64,000 bases of DNA from Candidatus Dojkabacteria bacterium. Lineage in GTDB: Bacteria > Patescibacteriota > Dojkabacteria > SC72. A model generated the notes under the pieces. It was not told where the DNA came from, searched no databases, and saw only the letters and a program-made list of their open reading frames with translations. The stretch lies in contig JAGPFQ010000001.1 in NCBI GenBank assembly GCA_018056375.1, positions 103,995 through 167,994 on the forward strand, given 5' to 3'. Position numbers and translations under genes: made by a program. This document shows, piece after piece, positions 37,203 to 47,150 of this stretch (position 1 is the first letter of the stretch; each line of letters starts with the position of its first letter).

Positions 37203-37410
37203 TAGGCCTTGCCTAGGCCTGCCCTTCGTTCATATTTTGTTCATAATTCCAGAAGGCTTTCTAAGTAAAGGTTTTGGATGTATGTTTTTTTCTTTTGAGG
37301 TTAGGTTACCTGACTGGTAAACCTGTGGAAAAGAAAAGGGCTGTATGGTGGTACAAAGTTGATGGTTAAATTTTTCTTAACGAGGGGCAGACCTAGGTCA
37401 GACCTGTTGA
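37203..37410. repeat. ~210-bp intergenic repeat element, copy 2 (inverted relative to copy 1), with the same CCTAGG-centred terminal inverted repeats
   Basis: The reverse complement starts caggtctgacctaggtctgcccctcgttaagaaaaattt and ends tatgaacgaagggcaggcctaggcaaggcct. These match the copy 1 termini and ~45 nt of subterminal sequence at each end; the middle ~100 nt has diverged. Confidence 0.55.
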
Positions 37411-37414
37411 AAAT

Positions 37415-38008
37415 CTAACCATAAACATACAAATACTCATCATTACTTAGTTTTACCTTTTTCTTCTCTTTCATACCCTTAATTTCATACTTATAACTAA
37501 AAACCTCTCCTCCATCTTTAATAAATTTCTGTAATTTCTTTTTAAGTATACTCATACTCTTTGTATCTAAATAACAATATATCTTGTTAAAATCTTTTAA
37601 AGATACCTCATATATATTCTCAACCTCAAAAACAATATCTTTGTTTGCAGGATATTTTAATATTCTCAAAGTTCTTGCAAGAATAATCATGATAGGAGAT
37701 AAATCTAAGCCATAACACTTACACTTAGCATTACTGTATGCTTCTAATACAACCTTACCATCCCCACAACCCAAATCTACAAAAGCATCATCCTTCTTAA
37801 GATTCATCGCATCTATAATCTCACTAATGACTTTCCTAGGTGTTTTAATAATAGGAACTAAAAGAAGATTGATTAATATAGTTAAAAGAAATGCTCCAAT
37901 GAGCATAATAAAGGTTAAAACAATACCAACAGTTATTCCGTTTGCCATTTGTATAGAAGAATAATATATAATTAAGTATATGATAAACGGAATTCTACTA
38001 ATAAACAA
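37415..38008 (-). CDS. membrane-anchored class I SAM-dependent methyltransferase
   Basis: Two N-terminal TM helices, then motif I VDLGCGDGKVV. Confidence 0.5.
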   Translation of the reverse strand: MFISRIPFIIYLIIYYSSIQMANGITVGIVLTFIMLIGAFLLTILINLLLVPIIKTPRKVISEIIDAMNLKKDDAFVDLGCGDGKVVLEAYSNAKCKCYGLDLSPIMIILARTLRILKYPANKDIVFEVENIYEVSLKDFNKIYCYLDTKSMSILKKKLQKFIKDGGEVFSYKYEIKGMKEKKKVKLSNDEYLYVYG

Positions 38009-38684
38009 GGAGAGAGATATTACATCGTATGATGTGATTAGAAAATTAAAGAGGGTTTTACCTAAGGGACAGAAGATTGGTCATGGTGGAACTCTTGATC
38101 CCTTTGCAACAGGACTGCTAATCATTCTACTTGGTAAAGGCACAAAGCTAATGAACAAGATCCATTCTTTGAAAAAGGATTATGTTGTAAAAGCAGAGTT
38201 TGGATATTCAACAGATACTCAAGATATTACTGGTGAGAAAGATAGAATATGTAAAGATTTGAAGGAAGTTTCTAAGAGTGAAATTGAAACAAAGATAAAG
38301 GAGAAATTTTTAGGTGAAATATTACAAACACCTCCAATATTTTCAGCAAAAAAGATTAAAGGAAAGAAGGCATATGAGCTAGCTAGGAAAGGAGAAGAAG
38401 TTAAGATTGAACCAAAGAAAGTTGAGATATATTCTTTTGATTTTGTTGAGTATGATTGGCCCTACTCTACCTTCTCTATCTCATGTTCAACAGGTACATA
38501 TGTGAGAACATTAATTCATGATTTGGGAGAAGAAATTGGTACATATGGTACAGCTATTGAGCTTGAGAGGAAAAAGATAGGTGATTTTAAATTGGAAGAT
38601 GCTTTTAACTCTACAGACATTGTTGAAGAGAATATTGATAAGGTTGTAGGTAATGTAATTAATTTAGAAAATTTGAAACTATGA
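37980..38684 (+). CDS. truB: tRNA pseudouridine(55) synthase
   Basis: HGGTLDPFATGLLIILLG catalytic motif. Confidence 0.85.
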   Translation: MINGILLINKERDITSYDVIRKLKRVLPKGQKIGHGGTLDPFATGLLIILLGKGTKLMNKIHSLKKDYVVKAEFGYSTDTQDITGEKDRICKDLKEVSKSEIETKIKEKFLGEILQTPPIFSAKKIKGKKAYELARKGEEVKIEPKKVEIYSFDFVEYDWPYSTFSISCSTGTYVRTLIHDLGEEIGTYGTAIELERKKIGDFKLEDAFNSTDIVEENIDKVVGNVINLENLKL

Positions 38685-39370
38685 AAAAAGGGAAACTTTT
38701 TGTTGTAGCTACTCCAATTGGTAATCTAGAAGATATTACATTTAGAGCAGTGGATATATTAAAGAGAGTTCCTTTTGTATTAGCAGAGGATACTAGGGAA
38801 AGTAAGAAACTTTTTGACAGGTATGGGGTTGAGACAACATTGATATCGTACAGAGATCAAAATCATGACAGGATGATTGGAAAGATTTATGAGAAGTTAA
38901 ACATGGGATTAGATTTAGCATTGATTTCTGATGCTGGTACACCTTTAATCTCTGATCCTGGATACAAATTAGTAAGGGAATTAAGAGAGGAAGGTTATGA
39001 TGTTATTTCAATACCAGGCGCTTCAGCTGTGACAGCTGCTCTCTCTGTTAGTGGGTTACCAACAGACAGATTTTTGTTTTTAGGTTTCTTGCCTAAAAGT
39101 GATACTAAAAGAAGGAAGTTAATTGAACAGTACAAGGGTTTGGAAAGTACTCTTGTGATTTATGAATCGCCACATAGGTTGAGTAAGTTACTAGAATTAG
39201 TTCTAGAAATGTATGGCGACATTAAGGTATTTCTTGCAAAAGATATCTCAAAGATGAGAGAGGAAAGTTTTAGTGGTACTGTTAGTGAGGTTTTGAAAAT
39301 GTTAAAAGAAAGAGATTTTGAAAATAACCCACATGGTGAATTTGTTTGTGTCTTTAGTGAGAAAAATTAA
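38681..39370 (+). CDS. rsmI: 16S rRNA (cytidine1402-2'-O)-methyltransferase
   Basis: LFVVATPIGNLEDITFRA...LAEDTR. Confidence 0.85.
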   Translation: MKKGKLFVVATPIGNLEDITFRAVDILKRVPFVLAEDTRESKKLFDRYGVETTLISYRDQNHDRMIGKIYEKLNMGLDLALISDAGTPLISDPGYKLVRELREEGYDVISIPGASAVTAALSVSGLPTDRFLFLGFLPKSDTKRRKLIEQYKGLESTLVIYESPHRLSKLLELVLEMYGDIKVFLAKDISKMREESFSGTVSEVLKMLKERDFENNPHGEFVCVFSEKN

Positions 39371-40254
39371 AGAAAAACTCTTTGATAGTTTTCATCAGTT
39401 AACTCTTGTAGTTTCTCAAAACTAATATTCTTTACTTCAGCTGCTACTTCCATAATTTCTTTAATATCACTAGGTTGTGCAAATTTGTTTCTAATTTTTT
39501 TGTTCTTCCTTACAGATTGTGGTGGTAAGAAAGGTCCATCTGTTTCAAAAAGGATTCGATCTAAAGGAGTTTTCTTTAATATCTCTCTTACACTTTCTCC
39601 ACTTTTGTATGTAATTATTGCATTGAACCCGATATGAAAACCTAAAGCTAATATGTCTTCTAAATATTTAATATCTCCAGTATAGCTGTGGAAGGAGCCT
39701 GTAACGAGTCCTCTCCCCTCTTGAGCTAATATCCTGAGAATATCTTTTGTAGATTCACTCTCTCCCATAGGGTCTCTTGAATGGATACTCATGGGTAATT
39801 TGTTTTCAAGAGCTAGTTCTATCTCTTCCTTAAGCATTAGTTTCTGTACTTCTTTTAGTTGCTCTTTAATATCCTCAGAGTAAGTTTGATTAAGTGAAAA
39901 TTGATAGTAGTCTAGTCCACACTCCCCTATTGCAGAGATATCTTTTTTTCTTTTTTCAAATATCTCTTTGAATTTCTCTATCTCTTTCTGTGATTTTTCA
40001 TAAATCTGTTCTGTAATGTTGTTTAGAATGAATGTTTCTTCAAAGTATGTTGGATGAAGACCTATGGCTACTTGAATGATGTTTTTTCCCCCCATGTTAT
40101 ATTTTTTAGCCAATTGGAGGTTGTCATCAAAGTCTACAATATCTGTTCCTTGTGTTAGGATGTGTTTACCACCTTCTTGGATAAATCTATGAATTACTTC
40201 ATCAGAATTAGATTTTAGTGGTTCCATTGCTAAATGGATATGTGAGTCATGCAT
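39367..40254 (-). CDS. tatD: TatD-family metal-dependent hydrolase/DNase
   Basis: HDSHIHL, ECGLDYY, SIHSRD, FHSYTG and ETDGPF motifs. Confidence 0.85.
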   Translation of the reverse strand: MHDSHIHLAMEPLKSNSDEVIHRFIQEGGKHILTQGTDIVDFDDNLQLAKKYNMGGKNIIQVAIGLHPTYFEETFILNNITEQIYEKSQKEIEKFKEIFEKRKKDISAIGECGLDYYQFSLNQTYSEDIKEQLKEVQKLMLKEEIELALENKLPMSIHSRDPMGESESTKDILRILAQEGRGLVTGSFHSYTGDIKYLEDILALGFHIGFNAIITYKSGESVREILKKTPLDRILFETDGPFLPPQSVRKNKKIRNKFAQPSDIKEIMEVAAEVKNISFEKLQELTDENYQRVFL

Positions 40255-40292
40255 GAGGAGATTGTATCATATTTATTTATTTGTGATACAAT

Positions 40293-41015
40293 ATGTGCAT
40301 GGAAAACAAAGAGCGAATTAATTGGCTTTTAGTTATTACAGTTTTTCTTTTCCTTCTCTCTGTAGGTGTTATTATTTACAAAGTAAGAGAAGCTGGGCTG
40401 GGAGAGAAAGTAGTTTGTAATATTGAAGGTAAAGAGTATCTTGAAGATGAAAGCTTTGTTGATGCTAATGGTAATAGTTGTGTGTGTTCTGCGAGTGGTT
40501 TTCCTGTTTGTGAGAATGAAGGTGGTAGTGTTGAAGTCGTGGAGGAAAGCCTTCCATCAACTGATAATTTGAAGTTTACGGAAAAATATCTTAATTCTTT
40601 AAACAAAGAGAAACCAGATTACAAAAAGATTAATGTGGTTGATATTACACAGAGTGGAGAGAGTTTGAAGATAACGATAGAGAGAGAGGAATACTGTTCT
40701 GAAGATAATGCAAGTCCTAATTCTGCAGGCTTCTATGAACTGAAGGATGATAGGGTAGTTATTACAACTGTTACTGGTAGAGATAAGGAGGTACATACCC
40801 AAACCTGTTTGTTATCTAGTAGTTTTGAAGTAAACCCTTTTACAGTGAGTGTAAATGATGCTTTCTTGGTTATTTACAGAAATGAGAGAGGTGAGGAGAT
40901 TGAGTTAGATGCATGTGCTTACAAAGGAGTTTTGTATAGTGAGAACGATGTCTTCTCATCTGAAGATGGTAAGAAGATTTGTAGCTGTGATCAAAGGAAA
41001 GTCGAGTGTAAATAA
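40293..41015 (+). CDS. cysteine-rich secreted/membrane-anchored hypothetical protein
   Basis: N-terminal TM helix, ~14 Cys, no recognisable domain. Confidence 0.35.
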   Translation: MCMENKERINWLLVITVFLFLLSVGVIIYKVREAGLGEKVVCNIEGKEYLEDESFVDANGNSCVCSASGFPVCENEGGSVEVVEESLPSTDNLKFTEKYLNSLNKEKPDYKKINVVDITQSGESLKITIEREEYCSEDNASPNSAGFYELKDDRVVITTVTGRDKEVHTQTCLLSSSFEVNPFTVSVNDAFLVIYRNERGEEIELDACAYKGVLYSENDVFSSEDGKKICSCDQRKVECK

Positions 41016-42044
41016 CTAGATTAGAGCTACATATAATCCAACAATACATGTAATGAGTGTTACTAACCAGAATCTCATTACTACTTTGTATTGTGGCCAT
41101 CCATTTGCTTGGAAATGATGATGTATTGGAGCTATCTTAAATACTCTTTTTTTGAAAAACTTCATACTTACCATTTGTATAAGGCTGGATAACATGATAA
41201 TCCAAGTAATCGAAGACATGAAGAAGTAAGGGAGTATATTGTCTGTTACTAGAGCGATAAAGAACATTGCAAATCCAAGAGGCATTGCACCGGGTCCTCC
41301 GTTCCAAAATCTTGCTGGTGGAATGTTAAAGTAGAGGTCTATAATCTGTACACCTAAAATGATAGCTAATACAGGTAGGAATTCATATTTTTGTTGAATG
41401 GAGAGTAATATTGATAATGCTATTGTAATAATCATAAAGATGCCTATCATTAATCCATCTGCTCCATCTGTAAGTTCTGCCGAATATATTGCAAATTGCC
41501 CTACTACTGCGGAGATGATAGCTACAATAGGTGTGAAGTTAATAACTAAGGAACCAATTGGATTTATACTCTTAACTATTCCAGTCTTTTGTAGAAGTAA
41601 CATAACCCCCATATTTAGAAAGATTGAGAAGATAAGTTTGCCTAATCTCCATTCAAAAGTCTCTTGTAAGGCTCTCATTTTTTCATTATGTTTGAAACCA
41701 TTTGTAAATATTACGACATCAATCAATCCCCATACCCCAAAAAGAACGAATCCTATTAAAAATACTTTTATTAGTGGAGTCATCTCAACGAAGATAAGTG
41801 TTATCAAAGGAACGATCACCATTATTAGTAAACCACCCATATTAGGTGTACCATTAGTGATTGTAGTTTTCATTATCTTCATGAAGAGTGTGTTGTCTCC
41901 ATCTCCACCTCCAATTTTTGATTTTTTAATACCACTTACCTGATTAAATTTGTATAGAAAAGAAATCATTATTGGAGCAAATATGGCTGATGCTACAACA
42001 GAAATAAAAAGTAGTTCTAAGCTTCGTTTTAATACTTCAGACAT
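41016..42044 (-). CDS. mraY: phospho-N-acetylmuramoyl-pentapeptide-transferase
   Basis: 10-TM profile, ELTDGADGLMIG (DGxDGL) motif, positioned after ftsI in the dcw cluster. Confidence 0.75.
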   Translation of the reverse strand: MSEVLKRSLELLFISVVASAIFAPIMISFLYKFNQVSGIKKSKIGGGDGDNTLFMKIMKTTITNGTPNMGGLLIMVIVPLITLIFVEMTPLIKVFLIGFVLFGVWGLIDVVIFTNGFKHNEKMRALQETFEWRLGKLIFSIFLNMGVMLLLQKTGIVKSINPIGSLVINFTPIVAIISAVVGQFAIYSAELTDGADGLMIGIFMIITIALSILLSIQQKYEFLPVLAIILGVQIIDLYFNIPPARFWNGGPGAMPLGFAMFFIALVTDNILPYFFMSSITWIIMLSSLIQMVSMKFFKKRVFKIAPIHHHFQANGWPQYKVVMRFWLVTLITCIVGLYVALI

Positions 42045-42081
42045 TTTAAGAATAGATTAGATTATTTTCTTTTTCATTATC

Positions 42082-43926
42082 TCAATTTTTCTTCTTGATT
42101 TCCATATCGTCTACAATTGCAAGAAAAATTTTCTCCCACAAAGGGGCAGTTGTTAGAGATGAGAATCCTGCTGTTTGAGGTTCTTCTAGTCTTACAAGCA
42201 TCAACATTTTAGGTTTATCTAGTGGAGCAAAACCTATTACAGTATCATTTGTGTAGTCACTTCTGTATCCTTCCTCCCCTACTTTTGCAATCTGTGCTGT
42301 ACCTGTCTTGGCTGCTACTGGATATTTAGGAACTTCTTTTACTGCTCCTGAAAGAGATCCTCTCTCCACTGCTGTTTTTAATGCTTCTTTGATGATATCT
42401 GCAGTTTCTTTAGAGATAGGTTGACTGATAGCTTGTGGTTCAATCTTTATTGTCTCTTTTTCATCAACAATTTCTTCTATGATATATGGTCTCATTCTAA
42501 CCCCATCGTTTGCAAATGGGTTGAATGCAGAAATCGCTTGTAGTGCAGTTGCTGAGATCCCTTGTCCATATGCAGATGTGATAATGTCTAGTTTTGTCCA
42601 GTATTCAAAAGGTTTTAAATAGCTTGTAGCTTCATCTTGTAATCCAATCCCAATGAATTCTCCTAAACCAAACTCTTTTAATTTCGAGTAGTAATGTTTC
42701 GCATCTACTGTTAGAGCTGTTTTGGCTGTACAGGGATTGTTTGATGTTTTAAAAATTTCTGGAATATCTAGAGAACCAGCTGCTCTCCTATTCCATGTAT
42801 AAATTCGAGAACCTTTTAAGTCTTCATAACCAGTAACTTTGTAAAGATCTAGGTATCCTGTTTTATCTACACAGATATAGTTCTTGTCAATTAACTTTTC
42901 TTCTAGTGCAATAGCAATGGTGAGAGGCTTTTGGATAGAACCATATTCATATACATCTGATATCGCTTTGTTTTTTAAAACAGAGGGTTCTGGTGCTCTC
43001 CAATATTCTGCAGGATTGTATGTAGGATAGTTAGCCATTACTAATATGGCACCAGTACTAGGATCCATAATTATTACCGAGCCACTCTTGGATCTAGTAT
43101 TTTTCACTCCTTCTTCTAGAATTTTCTCAACTTTACTTTGTAAGTTGGGAACAATTGTTAACTTAAAGTCTTTTCCTTCTCTTGGTAAGACTGGCTGGTA
43201 TTCTGATGTTAGGATGATGTTACCGTAAGAGTCTTTTTCTTCGTAAGAATATCCAGATCTTCCACTTATGTCTCCAAAGTAGTAACCCTGTAATCCATAC
43301 TGTCCTACTGTTTTTCCTTCGGAATCTTTACCAAAGAAACCTAAAACATGTGCAGCTAGAGTGTTGTTTGGATAAGTTCTCTTCTCTTCTCTTTCAAAAT
43401 GCAGACCGAATCCTTTTGTGTTTTCTCCAAATATCTCGGTAGATGTTAAGGCGTTCTTTTTTTCTGTTGTAATATGCTTTTTGATGGGTGCATATACAAA
43501 ATCATCAGTTAGTTTATCCTCTATCTCCTCTTTGTTCATTGAAAGGATACCTGAAACTTCTGTTACAAATTTCTCCTTGTTGTCAAAAAACAACTTCCTT
43601 TCTTTTTCATCTTTACTTAGAGTTGCATAAACATTCCATACTGGTTCATCTACAGCTAAAATAGTTCCATCTGAGGCTATGACTTTTCCTCTTGGGGCAA
43701 TGGAAATTTGTGTAGACATGTATTGTTCTTGTGAGAGGTCTTTAAACTTATCAGCATGGATGAGTTGCCAGCGAAATGTTTGTAAGATTACTATGGCACC
43801 AAAGATAGTGATTGCATAAAGAAGTATCTGAATATTACTTTTGTCCTTCTTTTTGTTCTCTGAGTTTTTTCTCTTGTTTGATTTTTTGTCTAACCTGATT
43901 TTGTGTAGATGTGCTAGACTTGCCAT
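42082..43926 (-). CDS. ftsI: class B penicillin-binding protein (septal transpeptidase)
   Basis: N-terminal TM helix; SIQK (SxxK), SNN and KTGT motifs; dcw cluster position. Confidence 0.8.
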   Translation of the reverse strand: MASLAHLHKIRLDKKSNKRKNSENKKKDKSNIQILLYAITIFGAIVILQTFRWQLIHADKFKDLSQEQYMSTQISIAPRGKVIASDGTILAVDEPVWNVYATLSKDEKERKLFFDNKEKFVTEVSGILSMNKEEIEDKLTDDFVYAPIKKHITTEKKNALTSTEIFGENTKGFGLHFEREEKRTYPNNTLAAHVLGFFGKDSEGKTVGQYGLQGYYFGDISGRSGYSYEEKDSYGNIILTSEYQPVLPREGKDFKLTIVPNLQSKVEKILEEGVKNTRSKSGSVIIMDPSTGAILVMANYPTYNPAEYWRAPEPSVLKNKAISDVYEYGSIQKPLTIAIALEEKLIDKNYICVDKTGYLDLYKVTGYEDLKGSRIYTWNRRAAGSLDIPEIFKTSNNPCTAKTALTVDAKHYYSKLKEFGLGEFIGIGLQDEATSYLKPFEYWTKLDIITSAYGQGISATALQAISAFNPFANDGVRMRPYIIEEIVDEKETIKIEPQAISQPISKETADIIKEALKTAVERGSLSGAVKEVPKYPVAAKTGTAQIAKVGEEGYRSDYTNDTVIGFAPLDKPKMLMLVRLEEPQTAGFSSLTTAPLWEKIFLAIVDDMEIKKKN

Positions 43927-43929
43927 ATC

Positions 43930-44235
43930 CTATTTATTTGCAACAATACTTGCTTCTTCTAAATAGACAACAGTTTTGTGTTTTGATGGTGAGATAGAAA
44001 GACTTTTTTCTGATAATTTTTGTATTGCGGTAATGGAGTCTGTTTTTGCCATTTTCTCCTCCATCTGTCTATTTTCTTCTACTAGGTAGTTTTTCTCACT
44101 ATTAAGGCTTTGAAGTTCACTACCAAGAGGAGCAAGTATTGAGTTAATGACTAATTGACAAACAACAAAGGCAATGATTGCTAGGGTTAGTATTGTTACT
44201 GGTATATTTTGTAGTGATTTTTGTAAAAATTTCAT
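43930..44235 (-). CDS. ftsL: FtsL/DivIC-like bitopic coiled-coil division protein
   Basis: 101 aa with a TM helix and coiled coil, lying between rsmH and ftsI. Confidence 0.5.
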   Translation of the reverse strand: MKFLQKSLQNIPVTILTLAIIAFVVCQLVINSILAPLGSELQSLNSEKNYLVEENRQMEEKMAKTDSITAIQKLSEKSLSISPSKHKTVVYLEEASIVANK

Positions 44236-44238
44236 TTT

Positions 44239-45135
44239 CTAGTTTTTAATTAATGTTCTTAACTTAGCAGAAGTGGAGCGAGGATTTATTTTTTTCTCTT
44301 CATCGGTTGGGGCAATGTATTTTTGAAAAAGCAATCTCCCCTCTCCACTTCCCGATTTTTCTTTATTAAATTGTTTTAGTATTCGGTCTTCTAATGAATG
44401 GAATGTTATTACTGATAGTCTTCCATTCTTTTCTAAGACCTCAAAAGATTTATCTAATGCTGTCTGCAAACTATTCAACTCATCGTTTACCACGATTCGC
44501 AGGGCCTGAAAGACCCTGCGAGAAGGGTTCTTATTAGTTGAGCTATCTGCAGCCGGTACTGCTTTATAGATAAGTCTTGTAAGGTCTCCAACTGTATTTA
44601 TATTAGAGATGTTTTCTTTAATCATTTTGGCTATTCTCTTTGCATATCTCTCTTCTCCATACTTTAGAAAGATAGTTGCTAGTTCTTTTTCTGAGAAGAC
44701 ATTTAGAATATCTTTTGCACTTACACCTAGAGAAGTATCCATCCTCATATCTAAAGGTTCTTGAGATTCTAGGTAACTAAAACCTCTGTCATGAGAGGAC
44801 TCTAACTGTCGTGAAGAGAGTCCTATATCTAGTAGTATTCCATTTGGTTTTCTTCCATCTGCAAACTCTTTAACAACTAGATCTATCTTTGAGAAGTTGG
44901 ATTTTACAATTATCCAGTTTTTGGAGAGGTAATCTTTGTAGTATTCTTTAACAAAATCAATTGCATATTGATCTTGGTCAATGCTGATAAGTAAGCCTTT
45001 CTGTGAGAGTCTCTTTAAAATCTCAAAACTATGTCCTCCATCACCAAGAGTACCATCTATGTAGAAACCATCTTCTTTAATATCTAGTGAATTAATTGAT
45101 TCTTGTAGTAGTACTGGTGTATGTATCTTATCCAT
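44239..45135 (-). CDS. rsmH: 16S rRNA (cytosine1402-N4)-methyltransferase
   Basis: HTPVLLQESINSL...DGTLGDGGHS. Confidence 0.9.
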   Translation of the reverse strand: MDKIHTPVLLQESINSLDIKEDGFYIDGTLGDGGHSFEILKRLSQKGLLISIDQDQYAIDFVKEYYKDYLSKNWIIVKSNFSKIDLVVKEFADGRKPNGILLDIGLSSRQLESSHDRGFSYLESQEPLDMRMDTSLGVSAKDILNVFSEKELATIFLKYGEERYAKRIAKMIKENISNINTVGDLTRLIYKAVPAADSSTNKNPSRRVFQALRIVVNDELNSLQTALDKSFEVLEKNGRLSVITFHSLEDRILKQFNKEKSGSGEGRLLFQKYIAPTDEEKKINPRSTSAKLRTLIKN

Positions 45136-45571
45136 TGTTGTTTTTTGACATTTTACTAATCTCTTGTGCTATTTCATCACCATGTTTTTGTAAGTACTCT
45201 ACTCTCTCCTGCCACTTCTCTGTATCCCAGATTTCAATCCAGTTAATTAAACCAATAAAGGTGATATTCTCTCCTAGTTGTGCATGTTCAAAGAGAGTTT
45301 CTGGTATTACAAATCTTCCTTGTGAGTCCATTTGTACTTCTTTTGCACTTCCTACTAAGAATCTACTAGTATCTCTAATATTTTTATCTGTAAAAGAGCC
45401 ATCCATTACATCCTTTGCTACTCTTTCCCACATACTTCTATTTACTAGTATGAGGGCATCTTCATATCCTCTTGTGAGGATTAGGTCTTCACCTATCTCC
45501 TCTCTAAACTTTGCAGGAAGTGAGACTCTTTTCTTTTCTCCTACTTTACTTTTGTATTCTCCAATTATCAT
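45128..45571 (-). CDS. mraZ: transcriptional regulator MraZ
   Basis: 147 aa; begins MIIGEYKSKVGEKKRVSLPAKFRE and has a duplicated SpoVT/AbrB-type module. Confidence 0.85.
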   Translation of the reverse strand: MIIGEYKSKVGEKKRVSLPAKFREEIGEDLILTRGYEDALILVNRSMWERVAKDVMDGSFTDKNIRDTSRFLVGSAKEVQMDSQGRFVIPETLFEHAQLGENITFIGLINWIEIWDTEKWQERVEYLQKHGDEIAQEISKMSKNNNG

Positions 45572-45770
45572 ATTTTTATTCTATCATCTTTCACCACTTT
45601 CTTCCACTTCCTGCCACCAGTGTACTTGTAACTATTAAAACAGTCAAGAGAAAAACATTATAAGCTTAGATATAATTCTCTAGGCCATAACATCTAGTAG
45701 GTTATTGTGTTGCTTGAAAAAACTAACTAGAATACATATATTGTATTTAGATAAAATTAGTCTTATCAAT

Positions 45771-47150
45771 ATGAAGATTTTTTTAAGTGAGTTATTAGAA
45801 AGATTCCCTGAATTTGAGATTCGAAATAATGATGAAAAAGCCTACTTTACAGGTTTTTCCCATGATTCAAGAGAAATTAATGAAGGAGATTTATATATAC
45901 CAATAGTTGGTGAGAGGTTTGATGGACATGCTTTCATAGCAGAAGCTCTTCGAGCTGGAGGCTCAGTATCTTTATGTGAGAAGTCTAAAGTTAAGTATAT
46001 AGAGGATGTAACAAAGCCAGTTATTTTAGTTGATAGTATAGAGGAAGGGTTAAAGAAAGTTCTAAACTACTCTATTGGTTACATTAAAAATCCAGTTGTA
46101 GCAATTACTGGTAGTACTGGTAAAACAACAACAAAAGAAATGTTGGTTTTTATTCTAAAAAATCACATGAGTGTACTATCTGCAGATAGGTACAATACAG
46201 TATGGGGTAATGCTGTATTATTAGGTCAATATGATGGCGAAGATGTAATTGTTTTAGAGTGTGGTATGGATAGAAAGGGAGAGATTGCTTGGCATGTGAT
46301 GTCAGTAGACCCAGATTATGGTGTATTACTAAATGTTGGAGATGTACATGCAGAGAAAGTTGGTTCTATAGATGATATTTTTCAAGAGAAAAAAGATCTT
46401 GCCGACTATATGGAGAGGACTGGTAAGCCCTTAGTGTTAAATATTGATGATTCTAGGCTTAAGCATATTGCAGAAAATTACAATAAGGACTCTAAATTAA
46501 TAACATTTGGTAAGGATTCTTCAGCAGAATACCAAATAGAAGATATCCGTGTAGATCATGATGGTACTCATTTTAAGTTTAGATACTATCACGATAATGT
46601 GGTTGATGTTTCTTTGAAAGTTTACGGAGAGGGTTATGTATACAATGCAATGGCAGCGATAATAGTAGCTAATGATTTAGGAGTAAGTATAGATAATTGT
46701 GTAAAGGACATTGCTAATTATGTTTCAAAGAATGCTAGATTTGAGAAGTTAGAGTATGGTGATATTACTATTATCAACGATGCATATAATGCTAATCCTA
46801 CATCGATGGAGATGGCTTTAGATACATTTAGTGATTTGTATAAAGATGGATATTATACAATTGCAATATTAGGAGATATGAAAGAATTAGGTGATGTGTC
46901 AAATGAGAGACATGAAGAGATTGCAAAGTTAGTAGAGAGCAAGAATTTTAATGAGTTATATTATATTGGGGAAAATATAGATAAGTTTAAAGATGCAAAA
47001 GAGCTAGAGTCAGCAGATGAAGCTGCTGCTATGCTCAATACAAAACTTGCAGGTTTGGGTGGTAAGAAAGTTGCTATTTTACTTAAAGGTAGTAACTCCT
47101 TAGGTTTGTATCAAGTACCAGATTTTCTTAAAAAGCTAGGAGTGTTTTAA
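45771..47150 (+). CDS. murF: UDP-N-acetylmuramoyl-tripeptide--D-alanyl-D-alanine ligase
   Basis: Mur ligase P-loop ITGSTGKTTTKEML and DAYNANPTSMEMAL. ATG at 45771; the track start is an upstream TTG. Confidence 0.7.
   Translation: MKIFLSELLERFPEFEIRNNDEKAYFTGFSHDSREINEGDLYIPIVGERFDGHAFIAEALRAGGSVSLCEKSKVKYIEDVTKPVILVDSIEEGLKKVLNYSIGYIKNPVVAITGSTGKTTTKEMLVFILKNHMSVLSADRYNTVWGNAVLLGQYDGEDVIVLECGMDRKGEIAWHVMSVDPDYGVLLNVGDVHAEKVGSIDDIFQEKKDLADYMERTGKPLVLNIDDSRLKHIAENYNKDSKLITFGKDSSAEYQIEDIRVDHDGTHFKFRYYHDNVVDVSLKVYGEGYVYNAMAAIIVANDLGVSIDNCVKDIANYVSKNARFEKLEYGDITIINDAYNANPTSMEMALDTFSDLYKDGYYTIAILGDMKELGDVSNERHEEIAKLVESKNFNELYYIGENIDKFKDAKELESADEAAAMLNTKLAGLGGKKVAILLKGSNSLGLYQVPDFLKKLGVF

Noticed and set aside
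37270-37300. Stretch in repeat copy 2 (reverse complement GGTTTACCAGTCAGGT) resembling the SRP/4.5S RNA domain IV sequence GUUUACCAGGUCAGGU.
   Set aside because: The universally conserved GGAA tetraloop and AGCAGCC 3' strand of SRP RNA helix 8 are absent. Copy 1 does not share the stretch, so it is not an ffs gene.
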